Shown here: one piece after another, positions 1 to 13,214 of the stretch
Layout of the letters: each line of letters opens with the position of its first letter
Numbering within the stretch: position 1 is the stretch's first letter
NCBI RefSeq assembly: GCF_018977255.1
Contig: NW_024704743.1
Coordinates: forward strand, 112,780,001-112,844,000
Origin: Callorhinchus milii
Lineage: Eukaryota
Length of the DNA: 64,000 nucleotides
Direction of reading: 5' to 3'
The notes under the pieces: generated by a model
What the model was told of the DNA's origin: nothing
What the model saw: only the letters and a program-made list of their open reading frames with translations
Database searches by the model: none
Program-made: the position numbers and the translations under genes

Positions 1-640
1 AGACTCTACCCTGTGGGGAGGGTGCTATATAAGTGCAAGTTGTTGTTGTAAGCAGATGAAGAAAATTACAAGATGCTCACTAATGTTAACACAATGATGC
101 TAAGTAAGATGATTATCGAATCTAACCATGATTACTTAAGAATTACATAAGATTACATAAGAATACATGGTGACTTATCTGTTCCGTCATAATGTGAGTA
201 TTTAATGTTCAGTAAAATTTTCATGGAGAAACATAAGAGTATAAATCTAAAGCAAACATGAATGGATCACATTTATATAGAGAACTGATGTACTGTACNT
301 TTTTTGGTCAAATGTTTTTGCAAAACATCTTGTGCCTTTATTTTGATTGTAGGCACATTGTTTTCAAGAAATTCAAGCTATATTGTTTGAGGACTGAATA
401 AAAACATGTTTTATAAAAGGAATATTTTGTTGTGTTTAGCACACATCAGCAATCTGTTTTCTTTCAAGTATGTTCGCATATATTTATAGAATGAGAAGTT
501 CCAACCTACAATAATATCGATTTTACTTAGTATGATGCAGCAAATTTTTTTCTCATGATAAATAGCTATTTTGTTTACTCTTGACGTGCATCTGGACTTA
601 ATATTTTTCTGAGCAACTGTGGAATGTTGTAATTTTTGTA

Positions 641-790
641 TAATAATAATCCTTGTGTTTGACATAGCACCTTATGTCGTTGATACGTCTCAAAGCACTT
701 CACAGTAAAGTGGATTGACGGTATTTTGTGGGCAGCCAGTGTGCACACATCAATGTCCCACAAACAGCCATTGAGTGAGTCACAAGTTTT
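641..790 (-). mobile_element. tRNA-SINE 3' fragment, diverged
   Basis: (AAT)n-CCTTG..TTTGA tail and GTCCCACAAACAG motif shared with the full copies. Confidence 0.75.
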
Positions 791-1639
791 ATTTGGGAGA
801 TTTGTTAGCCAGGGCAGAATAAAACTCTTTTTTTGCATCCATTGAAGAAGAAGTGCATTTCAATTTCCATAATTCAAGCGTTTTTGCAGTAAGATTGTTT
901 GACTTTGGGATACAACTGATTATTTACATTATTTTTTTATAAACCTTTTTACTGCTATTGAATAAGCAACAAACTCTCACCTTAATTAAAGGTAATAGAT
1001 AGGAAATCTATAAACTACATTTTATAGCACAGTGCACAGCACCAGCTCCCTCTTGGGGGAAACTTCTCCTGGGGTCACCACAATGGTTCTGTATTTTTGT
1101 TCAGGCGCAACCGCACGGTGCTCAAAGAATATCCCACAACACTCTCTTTCCCTCCCCTCTCCCCCACACAATTTAATTCTCCTGTAAAGGGATATGGGTT
1201 TGTCCAGCAGAGAGATGTAGACTGATGGGTACCTTAATCATTAGGTGGCATGGTGGTAGAGGGGATGTATAGCTGGAACTGGAGCTGACCATTTACTGTC
1301 CTGAGAGAATGCATGGATGGGATGGGGGCTTGTGGTGTGGAAGAAGGCACTTGACAGTTGAAAAAGGTCTTCATTTTAAGATTTCATCCACTAGCATCAG
1401 TTCTGAAGAAGATCAGGTTTTCATAGAATAGTATGGGGATGAAAAGAGATGTATAACCCTCAACTAAAGAATGCTAGAGAGAGGATAGTGCACTCAGATG
1501 AGTTTGGGGGAGTTGTATGTTTTAATAAGGAGCTAATCTTTTCAGCCTGGCATATTGACCAAAGTTGCTGTTTTCACATTGGTGTGAAAGAGTTGCACTA
1601 GATTTTTGCTGATGATTTGGTTTCTAAAGACCCAGCCAG

Positions 1640-2050
1640 TATGTAACTGAGGAATACTAGGCAAGAGGAGGTTTGTTTTCTGAGTTAGTTGATCTTAGTT
1701 GGATAGCAGTTAGGGTCCACGGTTTGCCTCATTGCACTATAATCCTTGTATTTAATGTAGCACCTTATCACGGCTTCTAGACGTCTCAAAGCGCTTCACA
1801 GAATATACTGTAAAGTGAATTGAGTGTATGCTTTGTGAGCGAAACGTGGCAGCCAATTGCGCACAGCAGTGTCCCACAAACAGTCACGGACTAAGTGACC
1901 AAATTATTATTATAGTACTCGGGAGGGAAATATAGTATACCAAAACTTGTTAGCTAAGTAACTACATGAAGAATGGCCTTTTGGTTAAAGTACCGAAGGA
2001 TACCCATGGAACTACTCAAACTGATTACACCAGCAGAGAGGGGAAAACGC
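1640..2050 (+). mobile_element. Old SINE-like repeat interrupted by a minus-strand SINE fragment (~1738-1913)
   Basis: Motifs CTGAGTTAGTTGATCTTAG and ATGAAGAATGGCC recur in diverged form at ~4020-4150, ~31460-31600 and ~53590-53780 (-). Confidence 0.55.
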
Positions 2051-5000
2051 AAAGGCATGTCTTATCGCTGAAGACCTTGTGCAGTAGAATTCTGCTGTGC
2101 TTATTGATAAAAAATCCTGTGATGCAAGAAGATATAATGTGCGTATTATTATTCTGGCTCGAAAGTTTATGGTTTGAGCCATGTTGGTACTCAGTCTAGG
2201 CTGATATCAGGAAGCACAGCATTGACAGAGTTGCCTTCCTTCTGCTAACACGTTAAACTGACGTTCTTTATGCAGGTTGGGGTGAGCATTAAGGATCTCG
2301 TGACTATTCAAAACGAGTAGGGCTTCCAGTGTCTTGGCCAACAAGAATTTACTGTGAGCAGTCTGACTATTGTGTTTATAAATAGTCGCTACTCTTGACA
2401 GCAATTACCTGTGAAGTGTGTTGAGGCATTTTGAGATTATAGGTTCTATATTAAATGCTAGGTTTATCTATTATTTATCTTCATCTAGTTTGAAGACCGT
2501 GAGAGCTTTTTTCGCATGTGAGCAGTTTTGCTCAATCTAATGCAGTCTATTAAAAAATAGTTTTCACAGAAAATTAAACTAGTAATCATCTTGTCGGCAG
2601 TCAAGCCTGTGTGAGCACATTTGATCTGATCTTCCAGATCCTGTTCTACAGAAGACTGCTGGCATCATTTCAATAATGAAGTAATTGCTGGACTATATTT
2701 TTACTTCTTGGCTTATTAACTAGGTGGAATATGTAATCGCTGAAGCATTAAATGTGATCTGAAGCTTTTGATTGTGAGCCATGTATTGCTGTTGATTAAA
2801 TAATAGTAAGCCTATTATAAATTAATTATTTTTTCGCATATAAAACATTTGACACGTCCTTACGCTGATCATTTACAAATATATAGTCAATTCACTTTAA
2901 AGTATATGCTGTGAAGCGCTTTGAGACATTCAGAAGACGTGGAAAGCGCTGTATCAAATGCAAGGATTGTTATTATTTATGTCTTTAATGTCTTGCCTAT
3001 TTATTTCAACAAAATTGTTTTTCAAACATGTACTAAAGTTTGGCCAAACACAGAACTATTTTCACCAAAAAAAGTTTAAATATATTGTAGACCTTGAATA
3101 TTACAACAACTTGCATTTATATAGCCCCATTTATGCAGGCTGGTATCTCAGAGTGCTTATTAACACATTTAGACAAATCTAATCTTGTTGGAATGCTGTG
3201 AGGAATGCATAAATTTGATGGAGTAAGGAGTTGGTCAATACTGTTCTTTATCTTATATAAAATAGGTAATTTTTCTACTTTTTTTGATGTTTTGTTGATG
3301 GGTTCACCTGATTTTATTCTTGTCCATGTAGCTGAATTAGTGTGCCAGACGAGGATACTTTAATATTTTATGATTTTTTTCCTCTGCATTTTCAATGAAA
3401 GGTGATGATCTCCACATGGTTAGTCAATAAAATATTTGGTATGTTCTCTTCAAAGCGAGTAATTTTGGCTTCTAAGAGTGAAATTGTAGGAGTTAATTAA
3501 AAAGGGAAATGGAGACTGAAAATCCAAATTGTCACATGTTACTGAGGCAGTTGCAACTAGTTGAGCATTTCAGGCACTGACCCAAATTTCAGGCAATGAA
3601 ACGTGGAAGCCAGTTATTGACGTATCTGTAAACATTTGGGTTAAGAAAATGGATTGGCACAAATTAATTCAGATTCTTTTAGTATTAAAGTAAGGATTGA
3701 AGGGTCAATTGATGAGGTTTCTTCCTTTCATGGGCCAAATGGATTGTTTTCATCACTCTTAATCTGGTTATATAGTTGCATTTGTATAGTAAGGATGGGA
3801 TTTCATGTTCAATTTTATCTATCACTTTGTAACTGTTACCTAAAATTTTTAACTTGCTTGGTTTAAGATTTGCTGATGACTAGCAGATGGTTAACCCTAA
3901 TGTGACCATTGCAATATAAAAGTATCAACACACATGAATATTAAGCATTTATTGCAACTCTCCTGATGCTTATAGGTAAACAACCCCCTCCCCTCCCACC
4001 CCCCACCACACAGTCCAGTAAGGGAAATAAATCTGCCAGTTCCTATTCCTAATCGCATGTGTGGAAGTTAGGTCGGAACAACATTAAGCTTGGTTGTGAA
4101 TAACCAGACACTCGTGAAGAATGGCTCCTTGGTTAAGCTGGCTGGAGGGGTGCTCATTTGTGGAAGAGTCAATGCCGTTCAAAAATGCACATGGTTTGAT
4201 TTAAATACAAGGGTAGTATCTTTATTTTTTTTACTGCTTATTTCATTACAGTTAATGAGATCCATTGAAATAATAGTTTCTATTAATAAACAAATGTTTC
4301 ATGGAATTGACGTAGCTGGATAGTGTACATTTCAAAGTAACAATGCACATTTTCCAGTAATGTATCTGAATTGCTTTGAGGAAGTTTGGTTTGATGTGAA
4401 GATGTATTGATTTGACATAAAGATGTATTGCTAGATTAACAACATTTTACATTCAGTAATTGAATTATTTCTATACTGCCTTAGGCAGATATCTGATGTT
4501 TGCACATCTCAGAATTTGCTGTACCTCTTTTTAAGATTCAAAAATGATTGCAATTGAATCTAAGTATGATGTACCACTATGAAATCAACAAGCTTTCCCC
4601 CCCCCTTTTTTGTGAATGGGTACATTGAAAGAATTTTTCAAGTATTTTTTCTTATACGTGCTTTTAGTGCTATATTTGGTGAGTGTTATACATGGAATGA
4701 ACAGAAAGATTGCTAATTCTGATTTCCATAATCAATGGTAATTGTTGGGTAGTTCATATGTAAACAATCATGTTTTTCTCACTTCATGTCTTTGTGTAAT
4801 ATCAATTTTATTTCACAGCAGTGTCAGGGTTAGTTGCATTTTTGCTGCTCAATTGGACTGAATGTATCTATTGTTTATTGGCTTCTGATTGCTGGTTTGG
4901 TTATGATTGATTAAACAGTTGAGAGGGTTTGTTACTTTTATTAATCAACATATAAATTGAAGTACATTTTCCGGCAGGACTCCAAACCAGCTGTTTTTAT

Positions 5001-6810
5001 GCAATAGTTATCTACAGGACTTTTCTTGTGTTTTTTGAAGCAGGTTCCTAATAAAAAGACACTGTTGAAAACTATTGTGATTACATACTAGGAAGGCTGC
5101 CCATGTTTTCAATACAGTCGTCCGCTTTTCTTTTACACTCATAAAATAAGGAGGATGTTGGGACTGTACAGAATCTCCTTCACTAGCTTGTATGTCTGGA
5201 TTCAGCCTTCCGTCACAACTGCATTCCTTCTCTCTCTGTTTAGTCTGTTCTGTAGAGTTATTACAAATGAAACCAAGGAAAGAGAAACCACAGAAAGGGC
5301 AAACTGAAAATATCTGCTGTGAAAATGCGTGTTTTGAAAGATTGTTTAATATTGTGTAATATTCGTATGCTCCCTCATCTCTGGGTATTTAACTTTACAG
5401 CATTTTTAAAAAAAAATTGGCAGTGTGCTGGAAACTCAGTTGATCTTGCTTTGCATGCAAGTCTCCAGATCAGAGAAATTGTATCAGTCCCTGAAGGATA
5501 TTCTACCTTGGAAATGCGCATTAACTCAAGGTGCCCTCAGTCTGCCGTCATTGAAAATAGTACCCAAGTGAAGTAGCAATATTGTTGTTCTATTCTTTCA
5601 TGATCTTTTTAAGAAAATAATATTGTTGAAGAAAAGTATTATGGCAGAATCCAAATTATCCTTGCATTTGATGTAGCTCCGCATCCCATTGATAAGCCCC
5701 CTCCCGGGCTTCAGTGATTTTGACTGTAAAGTGTAGTGACTGTGTATTTGGTAGGGGAAATATTGCTGTTCTGTTTCATGCTAAAGCAAACTGCTTTTTT
5801 TAAAAATAGTAAATTCAATTGTTTGTGAAACTACAAGCTGCATTTTACAAGCTTGAAGTTATTGTGCCTCGAGTGTATATATGAAAGTGTGGAGAGCTCT
5901 GGATAAATCTCCAGATGGAGTGGTTGAACAGATCAGTCCCTGAGAGTGTAAGTGATACCAATAACGTGTTATAGGTAAAGAAGAGCAGTTCTGGCCAAGA
6001 CTGAGGAGTGCTGTTTATCCAGTCTTTATCCATTGGTTTATCCATTGAGCATGTATTTTTTCTCTTCCACAAATTGATCTGGAGAGGCTGATTATTTTGT
6101 GATCATACTCTTATCACTTTCATAAACAGTTTAGATACTCCAGTCATTCTAGAATAATTGATATGGTAATCACAGGATTTGTTTGACTGAATACAGTTCT
6201 CATTCAGAATGATCAAGATTAACCCATCTTAAAAGCTGCTAATATACATTCCAATGTGAGTTCATGTCTTATTTACATTTGTAATGAAATGAATTCCTCA
6301 TTCCTAACTCACTTTGTTGTTTTTAGTCGAAGCATAAACTGTTGGGTTCCCATTCAGAGCTCCAGGTTTGAATCCCAACATTTTAATTTGTTTTAATTTA
6401 ATTTTAATTTTACCCTCCAGACCATGAGTAAATTTAACTCATTCCGGGGAAAATTATTATATGGGATGCTTTACTTCCAGGCACAATGAGGGAAGACTCA
6501 CTGTCAGGTCTTGTGGAGTGTTATCGGCATTAATAGTTGTAAGAAAATCTGTGAAGTTGTTTCTGTGACAGTTTTTCTGCTTTGCTGAAAGAGGAAATTT
6601 GAAGGTAGACCGATGAATTCTTACATTTGGCATAAGGCTTTCACATCGGGAGGACGACACAGGGCACTTCACAGAATATACTTAAGTCCAGTGACTGTAT
6701 GTGTATCTTCTGGTGTGCTTTACTGTGGCTGTATAAACACAAAGGCTTTTTGCAGCTTTGACATTTCAGTGCTGAGGCCTAAATTCAATGAAGCTCACAT
6801 TGTTCTCATT

Positions 6811-7130
6811 GTGGAGTCCTGTAGCTCAGTAGTTACAGCACTCGCTTTGCAAGCGAGACACCTGGGTTCAATTCCAGGCAGGGCGAACCTTGGGCAAGTT
6901 TCCTTACTCAACACGCCTAATAATAATCTCTCCAAAAAACAAAACAATAATAAATTGGTCATTTTCAATCCACGACTGTTTGTGGGATACTACTGTGTGC
7001 AATTGGCTGCCTCGTTTCGCCCACAAATATACGGTCAATTCACTTTACAGCATATCTTGTGAAGCGCTTTGAGACGTTGAGAAGCCGTGAAAAGCGCTAT
7101 ATCAAATGCAAGGATTATTATTATCATTAT
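6811..7130 (+). mobile_element. Full-length tRNA-Ala-derived SINE, short/young subfamily
   Basis: Head GTGGAGTCCTGTAGCTCAGT.GTTA.AGCACTCGCTTTGCAAGCGAG with Pol III A/B boxes; tail AAGCGCTATATCAAATGCAAGG(ATT)n. Confidence 0.93.
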
Positions 7131-7219
7131 GAACTAGTCAATATTGTATGAGTTCTCTGGGCTGCTCCTCCACCCACCGCACCGTCACATGTTTGGATCT
7201 CATCAATGCCTCCATACCT

Positions 7220-7945
7220 TGGGCACTAACAGCATCACTCTTCACGAATGCACTCTACACCTCACGGAGCCAATACGGAATCTCGGCGTCAACTGTTCTG
7301 CAGCCCCCACATCTGTGCCATGACCTGCTCTGTCATTCCCCACCTCCGCAATATTGCCCGGGTCTGTCACTGTCTCTCACCTCAGGCCGTCAAGACCTTC
7401 ATCCACGCACCCATCACATCCAGGCTCGACTACGCAAACTTCCTGCATGTCGGCCTCTGCAACTCCTCCCTCCACAGGATGCAGATCATCCAAAACTCTG
7501 CAGCCCGTGGCCTCTCCTGCACTAAGTTCCGCGACACTATCATTCCCACCCTCACCTGGCTCCCCATCACTCAGATGATACAGTTAAAGATCCTCACCTT
7601 CAAAGCCCCCCATGCCCTCACTCCTCCCTACCTCCATGATCTCCTAACCCCCTACCAACCTGTCTACTTCCTCCGCTCAGCAGGCTTCGGCCTCCTTCAA
7701 GTCCATTGGCAGGCAGGCCTTCAGCCTCTCTGCCCCCACTCCCTGAAATTCCATCCCACAGTTCCCCCGCTTCGCCCCCTCCCTTGCCTCCATCAAGATC
7801 CGTCTCAAGACCTTCCTCTTCGTCCGTGCCTTCCCCCGCCCCCACACTCCCTGATCCCCAGCTCGGGTCCGAAACACTGACTGTCCAGTGCCGGGTGATA
7901 TCCTCCTGATATGAAAGGTGCTATACAAATGTAATTCTGTTGTTG
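7220..7945 (+). mobile_element. L2 LINE 3' fragment
   Basis: ORF 7248-7880 has the L2 ORF2 C-terminal motifs ITSRLDYAN, IIQNSAAR and WLPI. Tail GTGAAAGGTGCTATACAAATGTAA-(TTG)n. Confidence 0.9.
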
Positions 7946-7982
7946 CCTGTTATTCAAATGGAATTCTATGTTTTGCAATTGA

Positions 7983-8490
7983 AATCTTAGGCAAGTTTCC
8001 TTACTCCACACACACCTCTGTTTACCAAGCAGTAACAAAGAGCGCTTAACAGTAGCGGATCCTGCCTCCGAGCCCAGGGGGAGGTGGCCGTAAGCACATT
8101 CGAAGAGGAAGATTTTCAGGCAGGAGGTGAGAGAGGGGGAAGGATGGAGGGATTGAAGGAGAGTGTTCCAGAGTTTTGGGGCATAGTTACGGAAAGCGCA
8201 AACTCTGATGGTGTGGCGGAGGGAGGGAGTAGGAAGTAGGAACCTGGTTGTTAGTCGATTGGCGGATTGTATTTCTGGGGGTAATATTCTCTTCAAAAGA
8301 AATAGTAATTCATAATAATTTGGTAACTCAATCCATGACTGTTTGTGGAACACTGCTGTGCGCAATTGGCTGCCGCGTTTTGTCCACAAAATATGCAGTC
8401 AATTCACTTTACAGTGTATCCTGTGAAGCGCTTTGAGATGTCTCGAAGACGTGATAAACCACTGTATCAAAAGCAAGGATTATTATTATA
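7983..8490 (+). mobile_element. Long-subfamily SINE split by an antisense L2 3' fragment (~8036-8232)
   Basis: SINE body stops at ...TTTACCAAGCAGTAA and resumes at AGTAGGAACCTGGTTGTTAGTCGATTGG. The insert reads as an L2 3' end on the minus strand. Confidence 0.8.
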
Positions 8491-9759
8491 TGTTCCTGTG
8501 TCAACAAATAATATAGTAACCAATATGGAGCATGTAATTCTAAATTAAAAGGAAATTATGACTACGTTGTGTTGCATTTACTTTGAAGATTACCCAGAGT
8601 GGAGAGAGGGAAAATGTAAAGTCCCTGATGTATCGAAATATTTAGTTTGGATAACGATGCATAGGATACAAGTTTTCTAAATTTACTAAATGGGAGAGTG
8701 AAATTGGGAATGTTGCTCTTCAAGGGATCATAATGATAATAATTATCCTTGCATTTGACAAAGTGCCTTTCATGTCAGGAGGATGTCTCAAAGCACTTCA
8801 TGGGATATACAGCCAACTTGCACATAGCAATATCCCACAAATAGACATGAAATAAATGACCAGTTTTATCTGGGGGGATTATTAGCCAGGATACCGGAAA
8901 TGACTTCCTTATCGTATAGTGTCATGGGATTGTTAACCTGAACAGGTAGATGGGACTTTGGTTTAACATCTCATCCGATATTGTGCTTCCCCAGCATCAC
9001 ATGACTTTCTGACTCGGCCATACTGACACTGATTGCTGTATGGGAATGATAAGCTAGTTTTGAGACTGACGTACTAGTTCAAATTTCAGTAAGTTACCAA
9101 GTGTCATCATACCATATCATGGATGTACATAGACTGGCCAACCAGACTATGCCGCTGTTTATACTCCACATGACGCTCCACACACTCCTCTACCATACCC
9201 TTCTATTCCCTTCTTTTTCCCTGGTGTGTATATTTAGCTTTCTCTTAAATGTATCACACACTTTTTTTTAGTAAATTATGCAAAACATGAACATAACATA
9301 CAATCATTGTTTCGCCCACAAAATATAGTAAAGTCACTTTACAGTATATCCTGTGAAGCACTTTGAGACGCTTCGAAGACATGATAAAGCGCTATATCAA
9401 GTGCAAGGATTATTATTATTGTTGTGAACAGTGTTCCGATTACATTATGTCAATCTTCTCAATCTTTTTGATACCATAGACCCGCTCAATTTTCTAAAGA
9501 AATTGTTGATATCCATTGCCCATGCGGTTAGCATACACCAGTGCTGTTGCTCAGACTACTCATTGCTACATGTGACTGTTAAGAGTGTTCTGATGTGAAC
9601 TTACGGTAATTGCTACTTGTGTGCATTACTATGGAGAACAGATTATTCTGCTTCCGCTGATTACATTAAGTGTGACTGATTCTATCATGTAACTGTAGTT
9701 TCTGTGAGATCGTTGCTGCATCCTTAAAATGGCAATTAATAAAACAAATTGTTTTGTAT

Positions 9760-9915
9760 CATCCAAAGGACAGCACTTCCAACACTGCAACACAACTCCA
9801 GCACTGCATTGGAGTGTCAGTTTAGACAATGTGATTCCAAGTTCCAACGTGGGATTTGGACCCACAACCTTCTGACTCGGAGGCGAAAGTGCTACCGCTG
9901 CATCAGGCTGACACA
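9760..9915 (-). mobile_element. Deu-type (SacSINE1/AmnSINE-like) SINE 5' fragment
   Basis: Reverse complement reads GGTAGCACTTTCGCCTCCGAGTCAGAAGGTTGTGGGTCCAAATCCCAC...CTGACACTCCAATGCAGTGCTG, as in copies at 21650, 40735 and 44955. Confidence 0.75.
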
Positions 9916-11107
9916 CAAACTAGTCACTGAGCCCTTTCCCTTTGGAGTGATGAGTTATCAGGAGCTTACTGTAATTTGTTGACAAGCTTTTTACCAGGAG
10001 AAAACAGTTATGATTCATGTGATAATTGCATTGGAGGAAAGGGAACCATAAACTGTTTCCGTGTTGGCTCCCACTTTCTGGAACTCCATCCCAAATTCCC
10101 TTCGACTCACCCATTCCCTCACCTCCTTCAAGGTTTACCTCAAGAACTTCCTCTTTTGGCCAGCTTTTTCCTCCCGATCTCCACCCTCAGCCTGGGTACA
10201 TACCCTGGACCGTTCAATACCTTGGGACGTCATCCTGATATGAAACGTGCTATAAAAATGTCAAATTGTATTGAAACAAGGAAGCTTTTTTTTAAAAAGC
10301 ACCTTCCGAGTCGTAAGTTTACTGCCGATGTCACTTTCTTCACAAAGTGTCATTGGGGCTTTCTGTGCATATCTTGTTGAAAGTGATGTCGGGAGTGAGT
10401 GACAACTTGGCAGCTGGCCTTTTTTTTAAATTTAGAAGCAAGCCAGTCAGTGCCGGAAACCGGTGTACCCCAGGTCCACAGTATATACGTGCAGAGTTAG
10501 ACTTGTGCTTACCCTTATTTGGTCATCCTATCGTTTTTGTCCATTGCATTGTGATCTATCTATGCTAAATGTGTGCAAAGTGCATGCAAGTTAAGTGACC
10601 AGGTTGCATATTCCTCTCCAAGCATACTCAAAACTGCCCTAACAAGTATCCAGTGTAGAATGTCACTAGATCAGCTTGTTCATGATTTATTTACCAAGAT
10701 TTACAAATGTAGTGGTACTCATTCCAAAACTTGGGTGTGTGAGTAGGTTTCTTTATTAGTAACTCAGAGCATGACAAGCCATTAATCATAACAGCTAGTA
10801 GACTGTAACATGACCTTTTTTGACTTTTTTTCTCGTCTTTCCTTTGCTTTGTGTTGGGTGGTGATTGGGGGCGGCAAGAGTGGGAAAGAATTACTGGGGC
10901 AAGTCCATCTCCTGCCCCTTCTTGCTGCTATTTTTATAGCATCCCAGCACTTTTTTTCTACATACAATTTACATTTATATAGAACCTTTCATGTCAAGAG
11001 GATTTCTCAAAACGCTTTACAGTGCCGGATAAGCATTCGAGCTGTGGGTGGAAGCTGAGAGGGTTGGGGTGTGGAAGGGCAGCAAAATGCACAGTCAAAG
11101 AGGTATA

Positions 11108-11222
11108 TTTTCGCCCACAAATGCACACTGTCACGACACTTTACAGTATATCCTGTGAAGCGCTTTGAGACATCTCAACAACATGATAAGGCGCTATATC
11201 AAATACAAGGATTATTATTTTA
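11108..11222 (+). mobile_element. SINE 3' fragment
   Basis: TTTCGCCCACAA...GCGCTATATCAAATACAAGGATTATTATT. Confidence 0.85.
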
Positions 11223-11238
11223 TTTTGAGATATGCCAT

Positions 11239-11611
11239 ATAATAATAATCCTTGCATTTGATATAGCGTCTTATCATGTCTTCGAGACATCTCAAAGCAC
11301 TTCACAGAATATACTGTAAAGTGAATTGACTGCATATTTTGTGGACGAAATGAGGCACCCAGTTGCGCACAACAGTGTCCCACAAACAGTCATGGATTGA
11401 GCGACCAAATTATGTTTTGTTTTTGAAGGGATTATTACCTCCGGAAAAGCGATCCGCCAATTGACTAACAACCAAGTTCCTATTTAGTGCTAGGTAAACA
11501 GACACATGTAGAGTAAGGAAACTTGCCCAACATTTCGCCCTGCCGGGAATCGAACCCAGGTCCTCTCGCTTGCGAAGTGAGTGTTCTAACCACTAAGCTA
11601 CAGGACTCCAC
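11239..11611 (-). mobile_element. Full-length SINE, long subfamily
   Basis: Complete head (reverse complement ends CAGGACTCCAC), internal TGTTTACCTAGCA.TAAATAGGAAC segment and (ATT)n tail. Confidence 0.92.
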
Positions 11612-12402
11612 GCCTTGAAAGAGGAGAGAGGGATTGATTTTTCTAATCTGCTAAATTGGTTTTTAAATCAAATCAATTTATAGTTGTTAATGTAATGCAT
11701 TCTTAGAGGTTGCTACTAGATTTTCCAAGAAATTGGGGTTCATATCTTGAACTCAAATTAACTGAAGTGTCAAGTTACTCTTTCTATTATTTTTGCTTCA
11801 GTACAATGCGCTGTCCTAATTTTAATGATGAATCGTCTTTGGGAGGAACTGGACCTAAACAATGATCATCAAGCAAAGCAATATGTGAATATTGTATCTT
11901 GGCACAGGAAATTCACTTTAATGAAAGTGGTACAAGATTTAACTTTCTGTTCATCCCTACCCTTTTCTGAAAGAATAATGGCAGCTATCCATAACAAGAT
12001 AAAATTTAGTGTGGGTGTGCTTTTGCAGGGTATCGAGTACAATTCATCCCCTTAGCACATGATCTTATAGGTAGCATCCCAAACTGAAGCAACTTCCCCT
12101 TAGAGGAATACTGTCTAGGAAAAAAGATGAGCAAAAGCAGTTTATTTCTTTAAAAAAAAATTTATGTGGAAGCTGAGAACATCTTTGGTAAGGTTTTTTC
12201 AAATGTGCATGGATGAAAGGATGTTTGAAGTCCATTGAAAAATGAGAGTAGGAAGCTGTAATTGGAGGATTTAGAAATAGTAGAGGTGTTTTATCCCCTT
12301 TCCCGACAACTGTTAACTCTTCTTTCTGTTGGGGCATGGTTTAACACTTGCTCTTTATATATTTTATCCAACTGCCCATTGCCTATATATTTGAATCATG
12401 AT

Positions 12403-12762
12403 ATAATAATCCTTACATTTGATATAGTGGTTTATCACATCTTCAAGACGTCTCCAAGTGCTTCACAGAATGTACTGTGAATTGACTGTATACTTTGTGG
12501 GCAAAATGCGGCAGCCAATTGCATGTAGCAGTGTTCCACAAACATTCGGGATGTCCAAATTATTTTTTAAAAATTTTTTTGAAGTTGCTTATTGCCCCTG
12601 CAATCCACCAATCGACTAACAACCAGCTTCCTTTTTACTGCTAGTAAACAGAGGCGTGTCGAACAAGGTAACTTGTCTAATGTTTTGCCCTGCCCGGGAA
12701 TCAAACCCAGGTCCTTTCGCTTGCGAGGCAAGTGCTCTAACCAGTAAGCTACAGAGCTACAC
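12403..12762 (-). mobile_element. Full-length SINE, long subfamily, diverged
   Basis: Same architecture as 11239-11611. Confidence 0.88.
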
Positions 12763-13005
12763 CATGATGATCCCCAGTTAGAGATGAGAAGGCAGGAGCG
12801 ACTTCATAAACTAGGGTTCTTCCGAAAATTTCTGAAACTGTAAAGCTGGTTGTGTATATCCAAGTAGATTTTTTATCTTTGAAACTGCAGATTGATATAA
12901 TCCAATCACTTTCTAGATGATAGACATGGTAACTGAGGTTAGATGAGATGAATAGGTTAATAAACAAAACTGCTAGAATGCTTAATTTCTGTGTTATGTT
13001 TGCAG

Positions 13006-13108
13006 GTGGATTGTAGATATGGAAGGAGCTCCTGGCACACTATATGAAGGGGAAAAATTTCAGCTACTCTTCAAGTTCAGCGGTCGTTACCCTTTTGATT
13101 CACCTCAG
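13006..13108 (+). CDS. UBE2W: UBE2W internal coding exon (equivalent to human exon 3)
   Basis: tttgcag|G TGG ATT...CCT CAG|gtaaag. Translates to WIVDMEGAPGTLYEGEKFQLLFKFSGRYPFDSPQ, nearly identical to vertebrate UBE2W. 103 nt with canonical AG/GT. Confidence 0.97.
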
Positions 13109-13214
13109 GTAAAGTTTGCACCCAGAGCCTGGTGATCACAGTATCTGCAAGGTTTTATTTGCATAACAGAAAGTTGGTCAAAGTTGATGTAAAGTTTATA
13201 AACTGGGTCACAAT

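Noticed and set aside
299..299. Single N base
   Set aside because: Assembly ambiguity or gap placeholder, not biology; contiguity across it is unverified.
6811..6885. tRNA-Ala(TGC)-like sequences here and at 16536, 37321, 41330 and 59550
   Set aside because: They are SINE heads: the acceptor stem is imperfect and they are always followed by the same body and tail, so they are not tRNA genes.
1..13005. Search for UBE2W exons 1-2 (MASMQ / KRLQKELLALQNDPPPGM...)
   Set aside because: Not found by eye; presumably upstream of the window.
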